This document shows, in pieces, positions 44,090 to 55,818 of a stretch of DNA of 64,000 bases. A program made the position numbers and the translations under genes. Within the stretch, counting starts at the first letter, position 1. Every line of letters begins with the position of its first letter. The notes under the pieces were generated by a model that saw only the letters and a program-made list of their open reading frames with translations, had not been told where the DNA came from and did no database searches. Source of the DNA: Cyanidioschyzon merolae (lineage: Eukaryota); NCBI GenBank assembly GCA_000091205.1, contig AP006483.2; one strand, given 5' to 3'.

Positions 44090-45480
44090 GCTGTCCAATT
44101 CCCGCTGAGTGTAGTCGACTGCTTTTTCGCAGCGTTGAGCAGGAGATCGAAACCGCTGTAGGATGTACCCGATAGATCGTAGCCGAATCGCTTGTCGGCT
44201 ATATTTTCCCTACTGGAGCGTACAAGCAGGATTGCATTCATCATTCAGGAAGGCCATACCGCAGTACTCAGATGATTGAGGAACAATGAAACAAAGAAGT
44301 ATCTGCGCTCTACGTCAGAAACTGATTTTGTCAAAGACTGTTTGCTGTCCATGGGACAAGTAACAACGGTTGATCATCTTACGGGACGCAAAAGCGACGA
44401 TCGAAGCAACCACGCATGTCACGGTTTCGCAGAAGCTGGCGCGTGCGGACCCGAAAACCCTGGGATACAATCGCCAAAAAAGTTCTAGTTCACGCGCGGC
44501 CATCTTCCAACGAAATCTCAACGACAGCATTCCTGGAACTTTGCGACCGGTGTGAAGCACAGGAGCATCGGTTAGTTCTTCCAGTTGATGACGCTTGATT
44601 TGGCCGAAACAGTCAGAGCGTATGTGGGTAATCGCGGGGCGCGGAGCCCGTTATATGAAAGATCGGACTCGAAAAGACGGACATCATCATGTGTTCTAGC
44701 TGCAGAGGATCTTTTTGGCGGCCTCAGTTTCGCAATTGGAGAGGACTCGTACACCACCGACCACTTCGTCGATTCAACGAAGACGTTTCCCTGGAATCTG
44801 GCGACGTCCTTCTATTGGACAACGTTTCATTTGACCATTCCCATTGGGTTCGAGCTTTTGCCGATCCTATCGGGGTAGAGGAGCTTTTCATTCCTCCGTA
44901 ATCTCCGTGGCTCAACCAGATTGAAAGAGTTTTTTCTAGTCCGAAACATAATGATCGCTCCACTGAGCGTTTTGCCGAAGCGTTCAGCTCACGATGTCAA
45001 ACCAGGGCGCATGTCGTCATTGTTGCACAGGTGCTTCTACCTCCTGCAATGACTTCATCTATGGGCATAAAGGAGCCAGTTCATTCAAAAAAAATTCAGG
45101 GATGAGCTTCGGTATACACTAGAGAAGGTCGAGATGGAGAGAGGGCAGCGGAGCGCTTCGGCGACAGGAACGCATTCAGAGCCGACGGAGTAGCAAATGG
45201 TAAAAAAGGCACGAGTCCGAGGAATCCTTGCATCGGTGACTTCAACCAGCGGCAAACAACGCATGGAATTCGTGTACCGAGACGTCAACGCTGCTATCTG
45301 TACCAGAAGATGCGTGGTTCTGAACACGAGCTCAGAAGAGATGACGCGATCGCACTTCGCGGTGCAGCTTGCAAGGCTCGAAGCGTACAATCGAAAACTG
45401 AAGCCGGTAGCATTCCGCCGGTCCGCAGAGGCGAGAAGACGACTGTGAGTGAGTACCTATATTGACCCTCCATGGACTTC
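44090..45480 (+). mobile_element. Composite degenerate element, copy C: Tc1/mariner-type (DDE_3) transposase remnant fused to Fanzor 3'-terminal fragment
   Basis: The 44585..44940 region encodes ...SGDVLLLDNVSFDHSHWVRAFADPIGVEELFIPP*SPWLNQIERVF (the DNxxxH ... LPPYSP.LNPIE signature of Tc1/mariner/IS630 transposases, with stop and frameshift). The 45125..45448 region encodes EVEMERGQ...GKQRMEFVYRDVNAAIC (Fanzor zinc-finger/RuvC-III remnant, Cys to Gly). DNA is homologous to copy D throughout. Confidence 0.65.
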
Positions 45481-47012
45481 AAACATTTTTCGTTGTACTC
45501 TACATAGCAGAAGCCGCTGGATGCTCGAATGCTGTAGGCCGCGGGGCACGAGGCTGTAGATCCACTGTCAAAATGTTCTCGTTGCCCGAATGCCAGATCC
45601 GACTTCCAGCCCAGCACCACGGTTAGATTCAAGGAGATTTCAGACAATTGATCGTTGCACGACTACCAGACCAGACATTCTATCGGGTATCACGGTCAGA
45701 TTCAGGGATTTTCCAGATACAGAGCCTACCGTGGGTATCTACTGTGGCATTGGAAGCTCCGCTTTGAATGCCATACGGAGACAGCACGGCTTCACAGGAA
45801 GCGCGTCGGGTACTCGAATGTTCATCGCCAAGGCACGCAGTACTCGGGTACGCTACACGCCAGTTTCGCATCAGGCTGTGAGGGCGGCTTCAGAGCGCCC
45901 GACGTGCTTATCATATAGACCTCAATACAGCGTCCAGTTGACGCTCAGGGTGCAGTAACTAGGGTATGTGTGTGTTATGCTTCCCGCTCTGCCAGACACG
46001 ACGTGTCCAGCCCGAACGTCCCAGTTGACCGTGGCGTTCGTGCTGTTGAGAACAAGGCATGGATGCACTTGGGCCACGCCTGGGCCACCTCGAAGCAGTC
46101 CCTTTACCAGTGCGCCCGGGGCACGCAGTTGGTCCCAGCTGCACGTCACCGCCAGCGCCAGAGGCTTTGGAAACTTTTACTGGTTCGTAACGCAATGCTG
46201 CATATCAACAGTTCTCCCGTATGTTCTGGCGACTTTGGGTGCAAGATGCAAAGCCACAAGCCCACAATGACGGATGCACGAGCTGCGAATATGCATCGAT
46301 ACATCTGAACATCCTCGAGTGCGTTCACCATGGCCGCATGACCCTCATCGCGAATGCTGAAACGGCATGGCAGCGTTTGCCACAGAGTTCAGCAGCAGTC
46401 TGGGACGATAGCTTTTGCGCTGGCACTTATGCCATCACGACGCCAAGGTGTGCAAGGCCCCGAAAATGCCGGCGGTTCTCCGCGCCACTAGGAATCCGTT
46501 TCTCGACCGCATGACGAGAAAGAGAATCCGAAAACGAGCAAAAGAGGCGGCTGTACCTGCGCCCTCTGGTCACTGTCGTTTATGGTTAGAGGCATGCAAT
46601 TTCGATCGCGTTCGGGGTGTTTCGGCACCGGTCCGGCCCTGAGCAAAACCGATGCCAGCTGTCTGCAGCAACTGCCCATCATGGTATTCAGGTCTGCATA
46701 ACGAAAAACATATCGTTCGCATAGAAACCTGCGTAGCATACCAGGCTCTAACGCAACTCCCGATACGGTATGGATCTGCATAGCTGCTATTCGACCTGGA
46801 CGGCACTTGCGCAATATTCCCCACGGTAACGAACCGAAGCGCGCAAGACCGCAGCGATCAATGTGAAGAGGCCATGCACCGGGCTATCGCGTTTCCAGGC
46901 ATTTTCCACGTTCACACGTTGCAGCACAACCTGATTCGTCTCGAAATCGAATGATCGTGTCCGGTGCTCCAAGCAATCAGCATGCTGTAGTGCACAGTTC
47001 GTACAAAGCGGA

Positions 47013-48131
47013 TCAGCGGTGCACCTCGCTGATCCCGAATGCGTCGCTCTGCTTCACGCGCTCCAGCACTGCGGTGAGCGCCTCCTCTGTGGCGAGTGGG
47101 CCGCTAAATGTGCTCAGTTTCCATTCGGGGTGTTCTTGAATTACGGCCCGCACGTGCTCATGGGAAACACTCGGCAGGTAGGCGCTCCCGCACCATTCAG
47201 CGAGTTCGATGTCGTTGTCGTCGTCGATCATGGCAACGGCCTGGTCCCTAGTACAACCAGTTCGCGCTAAAATGTATTCGGCTACATTGCGCTTCCCAGA
47301 GCATCCGGGAAACACATCCAGCTTTCCCAAATTGGACGCTGTCTGCAAGCCCAGCGGGGTGACTCGAGCCCGGATATCCGCGGTTGCGGCCTGCATGTGC
47401 TGCTCGGTGACGACTCCGTTGACCGCGCTCGTCGCTGCTGTCGACGACGCAGGGCGTTCCCACTGCACGTTCCTAGACCGCAGCGACGACGCGATGTCGA
47501 CGCGGAATGCAGTGTAATATTCGCGGGTGTCGAGCATCCATCCAGCAGTCGCCAGCTCGGACGCCGCTTGCCACAGTGGTGCAACGGGGTCAGGGTGCTC
47601 GTCACTGCTCCCATCGACCGCCGTGGACGGGTACGGGCTATCCTGCTCCCGCGGTACCACGCACTCGTCAGCTGCACACCAGGGGTGCGGACCAGTCCAC
47701 GGCTCGAGCCGTCGCGCCCATGTGACGTCCTCAACGTACGCTGTGTCCGCTCGCCACATCAGACGTCCGCCGTTCTCCCACGCGATAGCGTCGACCACCG
47801 GCAAGAGCGGCAGTCGGCGGTAGAGGGTGCTGGAGCGCGCTCCAGTCAACAGCGCCACGAAGACGCCGTGCACCCGAAGCGTGTCCACGAGTTCGACAAC
47901 GCGTTCGCTAAGGTATCCGCAACCTTTGGTCAAAGTCGGGAGCACCCTACAGGGAACGATTGTCTTCGGTAGGGTGTCGTAGACGAGGTTGACTCGACCG
48001 GAGACTCCGTCGTCCGGCTCGATTCGAATTCCATCACTGAGCTGGTCCTCATAGTGTATGAGTGTCCCGTCCAGGTCACTGAAAAGCGCAAGCGCGTACT
48101 TGCGAGCGTTCTGCTTCCGTGGTACCTCCAT
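47013..48131 (-). CDS. HAD-superfamily (subfamily IIB-like) phosphatase
   Basis: Motif I is LFSDLDGTL close to the first ATG (48131; the track ORF starts at a TTG at 48215). Motif II is VFVALLTGARSS. Motif III/IV is GKLDVFPGCSGKRNVAEYI ... AMIDDDNDIELA. Confidence 0.55.
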   Translation of the reverse strand: MEVPRKQNARKYALALFSDLDGTLIHYEDQLSDGIRIEPDDGVSGRVNLVYDTLPKTIVPCRVLPTLTKGCGYLSERVVELVDTLRVHGVFVALLTGARSSTLYRRLPLLPVVDAIAWENGGRLMWRADTAYVEDVTWARRLEPWTGPHPWCAADECVVPREQDSPYPSTAVDGSSDEHPDPVAPLWQAASELATAGWMLDTREYYTAFRVDIASSLRSRNVQWERPASSTAATSAVNGVVTEQHMQAATADIRARVTPLGLQTASNLGKLDVFPGCSGKRNVAEYILARTGCTRDQAVAMIDDDNDIELAEWCGSAYLPSVSHEHVRAVIQEHPEWKLSTFSGPLATEEALTAVLERVKQSDAFGISEVHR

Positions 48132-49521
48132 GTACCCCGCAGCGCAGACGACGGTGAGCGGTGTGTGTCCCGGTGATCGAGTCCCAGCGTGGCGTTCCAG
48201 CCACTCCAGCCTCAAACCAGAGATAAAGCGTTCAACACACCGGTTAACTCGGTCGATAACAGTGTTTCAGGGCAGGGTTACGTAATCCCGTTACCCTGGC
48301 ACCGACGCCGCGGCGCTCATGGACGCAGGTGCTTGGATGCCGAGCACGCGGCGAATGTAGTTGCGATTTCGCTTCCGACAACAAAAACGCTTACATGGAC
48401 CATGGATCCAAACTTGTGGGATGTATAGGTATTTGCTTTCTCGAGAGCATCCATCATGCTGCTGTGCTTTACCTCCAGGTTCCACTACTGATAGTTCCTC
48501 TCGGATGTACTGGTCGTTTCGTGCGTTCTATCGTGCGCCGGGCGCCTGCCTTGCTGCACCCGCAACCGCAGCGACACCGTTGGTACGAATGCATCAACGA
48601 GGTCGAACGGCATTCTCATATCACTGAGGGCGTCTGATCGACGCGTTTTTCTGTACGACACGAAATCGGATTTCATCATCATTCTGGGGGCCTGCAAGCT
48701 GCGCAGACAGGTACATTGCCTGCGACAGCGCAAAGCGGTCTACTAGGAGTCCAGTATGACCACCACGACACCTGGATGCAGCCTGAATAACCTCAGTCCC
48801 AGAATAAACTGCGTTTCGGACGAGTTGCTGCTCTGAACTCACCACGGCACTCGCTACTGCTGAGGCAGATAATGCGCGAGTCGAGCAGACTCGTCCGACG
48901 TACTGGACCTGCCTCCTAGGAGGTGAATTTTCGATAATATGGAAACCTTTTCACACTTTTCAACGTTTACCGCAGAGGAGTAAAGAAGCTGTTGTCTCGT
49001 TGCTAGTTCGTGCCTAGATTCTAGGCTTTTTTTCTGTTTATAGAGTGCGCCGCGTGCACGCACTGCAATCTCGCACGCAATCCGCACAGCGACGTGCGCG
49101 GCAGCGGGCGCTTGTGAGAACGCACTCATAGCCTTGGCGCTCGCCCGCTCTACGCTTATACTGCTCGTGTGGAGTCGTGCTCCGCACTCGCTCAGTGCAG
49201 GTAGGAAGTGGTCGTGTGTGTACACTCACAACGCACTTGTGACCTGTGCGAGCGCTGTACATAACGCGCTTGGTGTTTGTCAAGCGCACAGGAGTTGGCG
49301 GAGACCGGCATCGAGTTCAACACTGCGCTACGCGCTTCTGCGCTGGCTACGACAGAACGCGGGTGCGGCACCAGGAAACACACGTGCGTTCTAGAGAGGT
49401 ACCCGTTTCCTGTACACTGTAAAAGCGTACGTGACGGCGCTTTGGTCCTGGGCGGGTGGTGTTGCAAAGTGCTTTCACGCGTCGTTTAAACCGTCTGCCA
49501 AGAGTAACAGACGCAAAGACG

Positions 49522-50676
49522 ATGCCAGACGCTGGAGACGCATCTGTTGCCGCTGCGAGGTGGCTCGAAACGCTCGGATATAGTCCCGAGCGCCCTGCCG
49601 AAGCGCTTGCGTTGGCGGTGCACGCGCTGCTCCTACGCCACGGCTTGCGGACGCGTGAGACTGCCCTCGAGGTGGACCTGAACCGGGACCCGTTGCCTCA
49701 GGCACCGGCAGCGCTGCCGAGCGACTGGCTGCCGACCACCGAGCACGCCGGCTACGGAACCCAGTATCGACATTTCCGCAGCGCTCTGCTTTTCCAGATT
49801 CGCTCCGTACCGTGCGGTGTGGATCGACTAATGGTGACTGGTTTCGCCACCGAGGAACCGGACCGAGTTGCGACGCTGTCGCTTCGAATCAGCGACTACA
49901 TTCGGACACATGTCTGGGAACAGAGTCGCGCTGCTGGCTCGCCACCCGATTGGACCATGCTTGTCCAGGGCTGGCAGCGTCTCGCAACCCTCGTCCAAGT
50001 TGACCTGGTGCACACGTTGATTCCGGATAGTGCCAAAGATGGATACGAAGCTCGTGTACAGGCACAGTCGGCGACCGCCGGGAATCCGTCGACAGCGGCC
50101 TCGACGGGCGACCACGGTGCCGGCACCCGAAGCGAGCCCCGCAGTGGAGGCGGCCCCAGCGCGGTGCCGTTCGGGTACCGCCAGCCGCGGCCCCCGCAGC
50201 CACAGTTGCCGTCATCAGGGGTGCTTCCAGTCGTTGGCGACGATGATCGCCTGCCCGCACTGGGACCTGTTGGCGACTGGCGCGGCCCGTCTGTACCGGG
50301 ACTGGGGCCCCCGTTCCGCACCGATGATGAACGTCTTGGAGGCGGAATGCTCATGGGCCCGCGCCATCCGGTTTTCCGCTCGGGCTTTGAAGACGACGAC
50401 GACGACGACGCACTGCATCGCTTCAACGACCCTGACCGCGATCCCGGTTTCCCGCCTGACCTGCGGCGCCGTGGTGAGCGCCCTCGCCGAATGACGGAAC
50501 GGGAACGTCTTGCGCTGTTGCCGCCAGGCTCGCGGGTGCCGCCGCCCCCGGGCGCGCGTATCGATCCGTTCGGGCCGCCGCTCCCGTCGCCACCCGACGG
50601 GTACGGTCAGGGAGCTTCTCGTCATCGTCGGTACGGCGATCTGGACCCGCCACCACCGGATACCATGTATATGTAA
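49522..50676 (+). CDS. Pro-rich protein of uncertain function (possible PI31/FP-domain proteasome-regulator-like)
   Basis: First ATG at 49522 (track ORF starts at a GTG at 49456). The N-terminal globular part has ...LALAVHALLLRHGL ... ATLSLRISDYIRT, reminiscent of the PI31 FP domain. The C-terminal half is Pro/Gly-rich with an acidic DDDDDD and FNDPD. Assignment is tentative. Confidence 0.25.
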   Translation: MPDAGDASVAAARWLETLGYSPERPAEALALAVHALLLRHGLRTRETALEVDLNRDPLPQAPAALPSDWLPTTEHAGYGTQYRHFRSALLFQIRSVPCGVDRLMVTGFATEEPDRVATLSLRISDYIRTHVWEQSRAAGSPPDWTMLVQGWQRLATLVQVDLVHTLIPDSAKDGYEARVQAQSATAGNPSTAASTGDHGAGTRSEPRSGGGPSAVPFGYRQPRPPQPQLPSSGVLPVVGDDDRLPALGPVGDWRGPSVPGLGPPFRTDDERLGGGMLMGPRHPVFRSGFEDDDDDDALHRFNDPDRDPGFPPDLRRRGERPRRMTERERLALLPPGSRVPPPPGARIDPFGPPLPSPPDGYGQGASRHRRYGDLDPPPPDTMYM

Positions 50677-51039
50677 AGCTATCGAGTTCTTGAAATGTAT
50701 CCACTGTTCTTTCGCGTATGTATCCCAAGGGGATTTTCTACCCGATACCATATACAGGTAAATCTATCGAGTTCTTGACATGTATCCACTGTTTACACCA
50801 GTGCGTATTCGATAAAATTCCCCTTGCATGCTGCCCATTTTTGCATCGCAGGGCGTTCCGCAGCGTGCTCTAACAAATCCACGTCCGAACAAGCTGCAGC
50901 ACACAACTGCAACGCTAGAGCAGCGCGCCCCTCCAACGCACAAGCATGTCGCCAATATACATACCGATGCAGAGGCAGAAGCAGAAGCACCAGCAACAAC
51001 AGCACCAACGACGGCCGATACCTCAGCCGGCATGCCTCC

Positions 51040-54000
51040 TCAACCTGCACGCTGACGTTTCACCTTGAACACGCGCTCCCGCGACGGACGCACCAGCTCG
51101 CGCAGCACACCGATCGCATGGCGCTCGCTGTCCACCGGCTTTCGTTTCGCCCCAGGACGCCGGTCACCGACCAGGGGCACGTAGGCGTACGGCTCCAGTA
51201 GGACGCGCCTCCCGTCGTCACGTCGGACGGCACGGGGTCGATCGCCGCGTGCACCGCGCGCCCGAAAGCGCACCCACGACCCCGATGATGCCGGGCGCCG
51301 CGAGCGCGCCAACGAACGCCGCCCTGCTGCTGGCGCAGTCGCAATCGTGGCGCGCATCGCACCAGCGTCATCGGGGTCATCGTCGCTAGCGGCGGCGGCG
51401 GCGGCGGCGGCGGCGTTGCTGCTGCTCCTGCTACTGCTGCTGCTGACACCGGCGTGCGGCACGCGCGCAGAGGCGACTGGCGCGCGGGCGGCAGGCATCG
51501 CGCCTCGATCGCCATCGCCGATTCCCGGGTCGATCGGCTGCACGTGCAGGCGGCCGCCATCATCCCAGAACATGGACAGTTCGGAAGCATCGCTCGAGGC
51601 ATCAGCGGCCGTGACGCTGCCGCTGCGTGCCATCGATCGCTTGGACAGCGCATGCGCCGGGCGCTCTGCGGCAGCGCCGCGTCTCCGTGTAGCGGCATCG
51701 GGGTGCTGCTCCAGTGCCCGCGCAGCGTGTCGCCTACACGGGTGCGCTGCGTCCATTCGCGGCAGCGGCTGCTGCGTGCCGCGGATGCGCCTTACCCGAT
51801 CCAATCTGGTTGACGCTGACGCATGCCATTGATCGCGCACGGTATCGCGTCTATCCACCAGGGTTGCTGCTCCATTCGGCTGCGAGGGCATCATGGAAAC
51901 GAGCAGGGCAGCGGTGTTGTCGTTGTCGGTGTCGTCGTCGTTGTTGCTGATGCCGCCAATCATGGACTGCTGACGCGACGCGTTCTGTCGTTGCCAATGG
52001 CGCAGGCGTTTCCTGGCGGACTGCAGCACTGCTTTCAGTGCTGCGCTTCGACAGAGCGATTCGAGCAGGGAATCAGGGCAGCGCCTTGCCATGCGCATCA
52101 CCAGACCTCGTATCTCGCTGGCGGTACGCGTATGGATCGTGCCCCGAGCCAGGAGGCGGTCAAGCGCCTGCACCACGCTTCGCAGTAACGGTTCAATGCT
52201 GGCTTGTTCCAGTGCGCCATTCGGAGCGGATCCATGCGCGCTAGACCGTGCTTTGACTAGTTGAAACCAGAAAGGGATAAAATGCTTCCATGCGCGCAGC
52301 AGCGCTTTGGTTACGATCGGTGTCTGTTCGCGGTGCAGGAGTGCGCGCAGCGGCTCCCAGAATGCTCGCTCGAGATCGCGGACCAGTGCCGACTGTTGCA
52401 CCTGTGGTTGGCGTTTTTGGTCACGGAGCGCGTGGTAAACGCGTTTCGTTGTCAACGAGCATGCGTCGAGGCAGGCGGCAATTGCCGACGTTCGATCCGC
52501 CAGCAGACCGGCTAAGAACAGCGCAACGAGGCGCTGGGACGGTCGCGGATGCTCTTGCTGCACTCGCCTGTCCACTAGAAGGAGCAACGTCGTCCGTGCA
52601 GACGCCCGAGCGCGGCTGGATGCTGCGCGTAGACCGAACACGACCTCATACAGCAGCGTCGTTTCGGCTTCGGCTACTGGACTGGGAGCTTCCATTACGT
52701 CCGACGCAGATGCGGCGTTCATGCTTCGCTGAAAGTACCGATGAATACAAGCGAGACGAACCGCTTCGGCTGCGCTGTGCGACTGACGATATGCGGCAGC
52801 AAGCGCCATCACGACCTGTTCCAGGGACACTGTCAGATTCATGGCCTGCAGCAGTGCTCGGTACGCTCGTTTCTGGACCTGCATAGGGGCAGGTGCGCCA
52901 AGAGCGCCCCTCACGGCATCGAAGAGCAGCGGAGCAGTCTCGGAGTCGACCAGTGCGGTTGTGATTTCAAGCAACAGCGCAATCGCTTCGGCGTTCGGCC
53001 CGGCTGCAGGCTGAGAACTGAGCTGCGCCAGACGCTCCAAAGCCTGGTGAAAGTACAGACGACGTGTCGCATCGTCCGCTAAACGCAAGCTCGTCGATCG
53101 TATTGCTGCCAAATATGGGGCGCGTCGATCTACTGACGCCGCACAGGCGCGCTCGAACTGCGCGCGCAGGAGCGCCTCGACAGTCGGCCGAAACGCAGGC
53201 GCCTGAACTGCTGTGTGTGGTGCAGCATCGTTCGTTGACTGCACCAGCGCCGGCACGTTCTCGCCCAGCGCAACCATGTACTGGCAAGCAAGCAAAGCCC
53301 ATGGCGATGCTGTCTCGTCCGCCGCGGCCTGCTGCATCCCAGCAGTTCCATCATCTGCAGTGACCAACCATTCACGCAGACGCTCCAAAATCGTGCCCCA
53401 CAATGCATCGTGCCCGGGCTCCCAAAGCTCTCGCGCCCCACGACAGACTGCCGGCCCGATCAACCATAAATCATACCGCAGAGCGTCGACCTGCGCAGCG
53501 TCATCCGCTGATTCCGCACCAAAGCGCTCCGCGCGCAGTTGGCTATCCCAGCGTTCCGCCCATTCTACGTACGCTCCGAGATGTGACGACTCCAATGAGT
53601 GGCGCAAAATCGGTAACAGCCAGGGAAAGAAGGAACGGCAATCTCCGTGATGCGCCAGAAAGGCTGCAGTACCGAGTGCGCGCACCGCCATCACAAGGAG
53701 CGATCGCAGCGCACGCGCGCTTTGCGGCCGTGCGTGCCCCGCGCAGACGCACGCATCGTAGCGTGTCAGCAGATGCGCCACCACCAGATGCATGCATGGT
53801 AACCAGGGACACGTGTCCGCCTGGATGCATGCATCGGCACGCAGCGGCGTCGATTCGTGTGCCCTGTATAGTGTCCGTTTCGAGAGGCGCCCCGCTGCAT
53901 CGAATCGGCGATTCCCAGTCAGCGCCGAGGTCATCGTGCCACAGCGCCGTACCTGCTGGTGTTCATCGAGTCTCTGCTCGGCGCCGGGACGCATCCTCTG

Positions 54001-55404
54001 AGACCCTGCTGCATGGACGCGTGCATGTGTCGCCACAAGCGCTCGCAGCGGCTGCTTCAAGAACGGCCATAATGGCTCCAGAGCTGGTTCGAGAAACTCC
54101 TGGATGAGTTCTGCATTTCGATCTGGCTCTGTGAACTGCATCAATCTGGCCAAAAGCGACATGAACACCGAGATCTTGTCTTGGTGACCCAGGTGGCGGC
54201 AGAGCGTTCGCGCCAGCCAAGCGAGTGCACGGCTGAGAAGCGCATCCGCTGCTGGGACCGGCTTCGTAGCCGATGCGTTGCCTTCAATGGGCGATGCTCG
54301 CAGATGCACCGGCATCGGCCGTCCATCGACCCAGACGTGCTCCGAGCGCTCCATGATCGACACGAGACATGTCGTCCACAGGATGAGCCGCCGGCCGGCA
54401 AGTTGGGTCCGACTCTGGAGATACTCCAGAATCTTAGTGCCGAGTGTGACGAGCTTTTCGCGGGTGGCCGGCGGCTCCGTGCGCGCATACGGATGCCAGA
54501 CGCTCATCTTTAGCAGCGTCAACAACGATTCATGCCGACTCTCCGGAAGATCCCGATTCAGCAGAGTCTCTGCGAGTAGTTCAAGCGTCGCCAACGGGAC
54601 AATGGCATCCGCAGTCCGCATCCAGAGAACGACAAGGCGCCAGACAGGCGATGATGGAAGCTGTCGCCGGTCAGAGGGCGCCGCTTCCACGCCAGAAGCT
54701 CGCTGGAAAGATTCGCGCTCGAGCAGTTCGGCCAGGGCGTCTTCCAGGATATGATAAACTTCCTCTGCAACACGCTCGTGCAGCGCCGGCTTCAACGACT
54801 GCGTATCAATGGCAACGCTCTGCAGCAGCCAGCGCCGACAAGCGCGCCGCACCGCCGCGAGACGCCATGTCGCACGGTCCGCCGGCAGATACCGCACCAG
54901 CTTCGCACAGACAGCCTGAACATAGGCTCGATCTTGGTCGGCTGTTGGTCCGGAGCCAGCGGCTTGTTCGCTTACGTCTGCGTGTTCCAGGACAGCGGGC
55001 TTTGCGTCAAGCACAAACTCCAGGGCTTCAAGTGCGATAGGTGCCACCTGAGCGAGAAACGCCTCGGTCCAGTCATCGGTACGGTTGAGGCACCACGACA
55101 CGCGTCCTGCGGCCTCACTAGCGACCCGCCATAGTGCCGCCCGCTCTCCCGGCTTTGCGTGTTGCAGTTGTGCTCGACAATTGAGGATGAGCGTGATCTC
55201 GTGCATCAAGTCAGCTGGCGCAGCTCTCTGTTCCTGCGACGTACATCCAGGCAGTTCAGCACACTTGTCAGTTGGGAACGCAACCGGCACGTGCTCCACG
55301 CTATGGACTGCAGGGCTATGCCCGTCATGCTGATTGGCCGCGAGTTCCAGTTCGGCAACCGTGCCCGCGAGCAAAGACACCCGCAGATCACGTAGGTTCT
55401 CCAT
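51040..55404 (-). CDS. Large (~1450 aa) helical-repeat (HEAT/ARM-like) protein, possibly a ribosome-biogenesis/nucleolar factor; function not assigned
   Basis: Continuous 1483-codon ORF with the first ATG at 55404. Long Leu/Ala-rich helical-repeat-like N-terminal 1100 aa. The C-terminal region is low-complexity Ser/Ala/Arg-rich with poly-Ala and a KR-rich tail (PGAKRKPVD...KVKRQRAG). I could not match any catalytic motif. Confidence 0.35.
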   Translation of the reverse strand: MENLRDLRVSLLAGTVAELELAANQHDGHSPAVHSVEHVPVAFPTDKCAELPGCTSQEQRAAPADLMHEITLILNCRAQLQHAKPGERAALWRVASEAAGRVSWCLNRTDDWTEAFLAQVAPIALEALEFVLDAKPAVLEHADVSEQAAGSGPTADQDRAYVQAVCAKLVRYLPADRATWRLAAVRRACRRWLLQSVAIDTQSLKPALHERVAEEVYHILEDALAELLERESFQRASGVEAAPSDRRQLPSSPVWRLVVLWMRTADAIVPLATLELLAETLLNRDLPESRHESLLTLLKMSVWHPYARTEPPATREKLVTLGTKILEYLQSRTQLAGRRLILWTTCLVSIMERSEHVWVDGRPMPVHLRASPIEGNASATKPVPAADALLSRALAWLARTLCRHLGHQDKISVFMSLLARLMQFTEPDRNAELIQEFLEPALEPLWPFLKQPLRALVATHARVHAAGSQRMRPGAEQRLDEHQQVRRCGTMTSALTGNRRFDAAGRLSKRTLYRAHESTPLRADACIQADTCPWLPCMHLVVAHLLTRYDACVCAGHARPQSARALRSLLVMAVRALGTAAFLAHHGDCRSFFPWLLPILRHSLESSHLGAYVEWAERWDSQLRAERFGAESADDAAQVDALRYDLWLIGPAVCRGARELWEPGHDALWGTILERLREWLVTADDGTAGMQQAAADETASPWALLACQYMVALGENVPALVQSTNDAAPHTAVQAPAFRPTVEALLRAQFERACAASVDRRAPYLAAIRSTSLRLADDATRRLYFHQALERLAQLSSQPAAGPNAEAIALLLEITTALVDSETAPLLFDAVRGALGAPAPMQVQKRAYRALLQAMNLTVSLEQVVMALAAAYRQSHSAAEAVRLACIHRYFQRSMNAASASDVMEAPSPVAEAETTLLYEVVFGLRAASSRARASARTTLLLLVDRRVQQEHPRPSQRLVALFLAGLLADRTSAIAACLDACSLTTKRVYHALRDQKRQPQVQQSALVRDLERAFWEPLRALLHREQTPIVTKALLRAWKHFIPFWFQLVKARSSAHGSAPNGALEQASIEPLLRSVVQALDRLLARGTIHTRTASEIRGLVMRMARRCPDSLLESLCRSAALKAVLQSARKRLRHWQRQNASRQQSMIGGISNNDDDTDNDNTAALLVSMMPSQPNGAATLVDRRDTVRDQWHASASTRLDRVRRIRGTQQPLPRMDAAHPCRRHAARALEQHPDAATRRRGAAAERPAHALSKRSMARSGSVTAADASSDASELSMFWDDGGRLHVQPIDPGIGDGDRGAMPAARAPVASARVPHAGVSSSSSRSSSNAAAAAAAAASDDDPDDAGAMRATIATAPAAGRRSLARSRRPASSGSWVRFRARGARGDRPRAVRRDDGRRVLLEPYAYVPLVGDRRPGAKRKPVDSERHAIGVLRELVRPSRERVFKVKRQRAG

Positions 55405-55818
55405 CCGTTCGACTCTGGTCGCGGTGTACCAGAGTGCACTAGGTGCACGCTCGATGTCAGCAGCACCCCAGGCAGGCCAACGGTCAAGCAAGCCCTGACT
55501 CGTGCAACGACTAGACCGCAGCAGCCGCAGCTACGGCCGCCGCCGGTGTCGCCTGCCGATGCCGTGCCCTGCACTGCACTTCGCCGTTGTAGTCGTGCTG
55601 CTAACGCGCAACTCCCGCTTCTGCGCAAGAGCGAAACTGGTGCTCGTTACGAGCAACGAAACATGTTACCTGCCTTCACGTTCAGTGTCACTGCTCCTGA
55701 TTCGAGGAGCTTCTCACTACACCATCGATGGAGCGCTCGTGGTGCCGTGAGGTTCGTAACACCTCACCGACGGTGTCGGCTGTGGCGAGGGCGGCGGCTC
55801 GCAGCCGGTGACCTCCAG

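Noticed and set aside
51040-55491. Naming the 1483-aa protein as RRP12, URB1, HEATR1 or similar
   Set aside because: Only a general helical-repeat or low-complexity character is visible. I could not identify family-specific motifs by eye, so it is reported generically.
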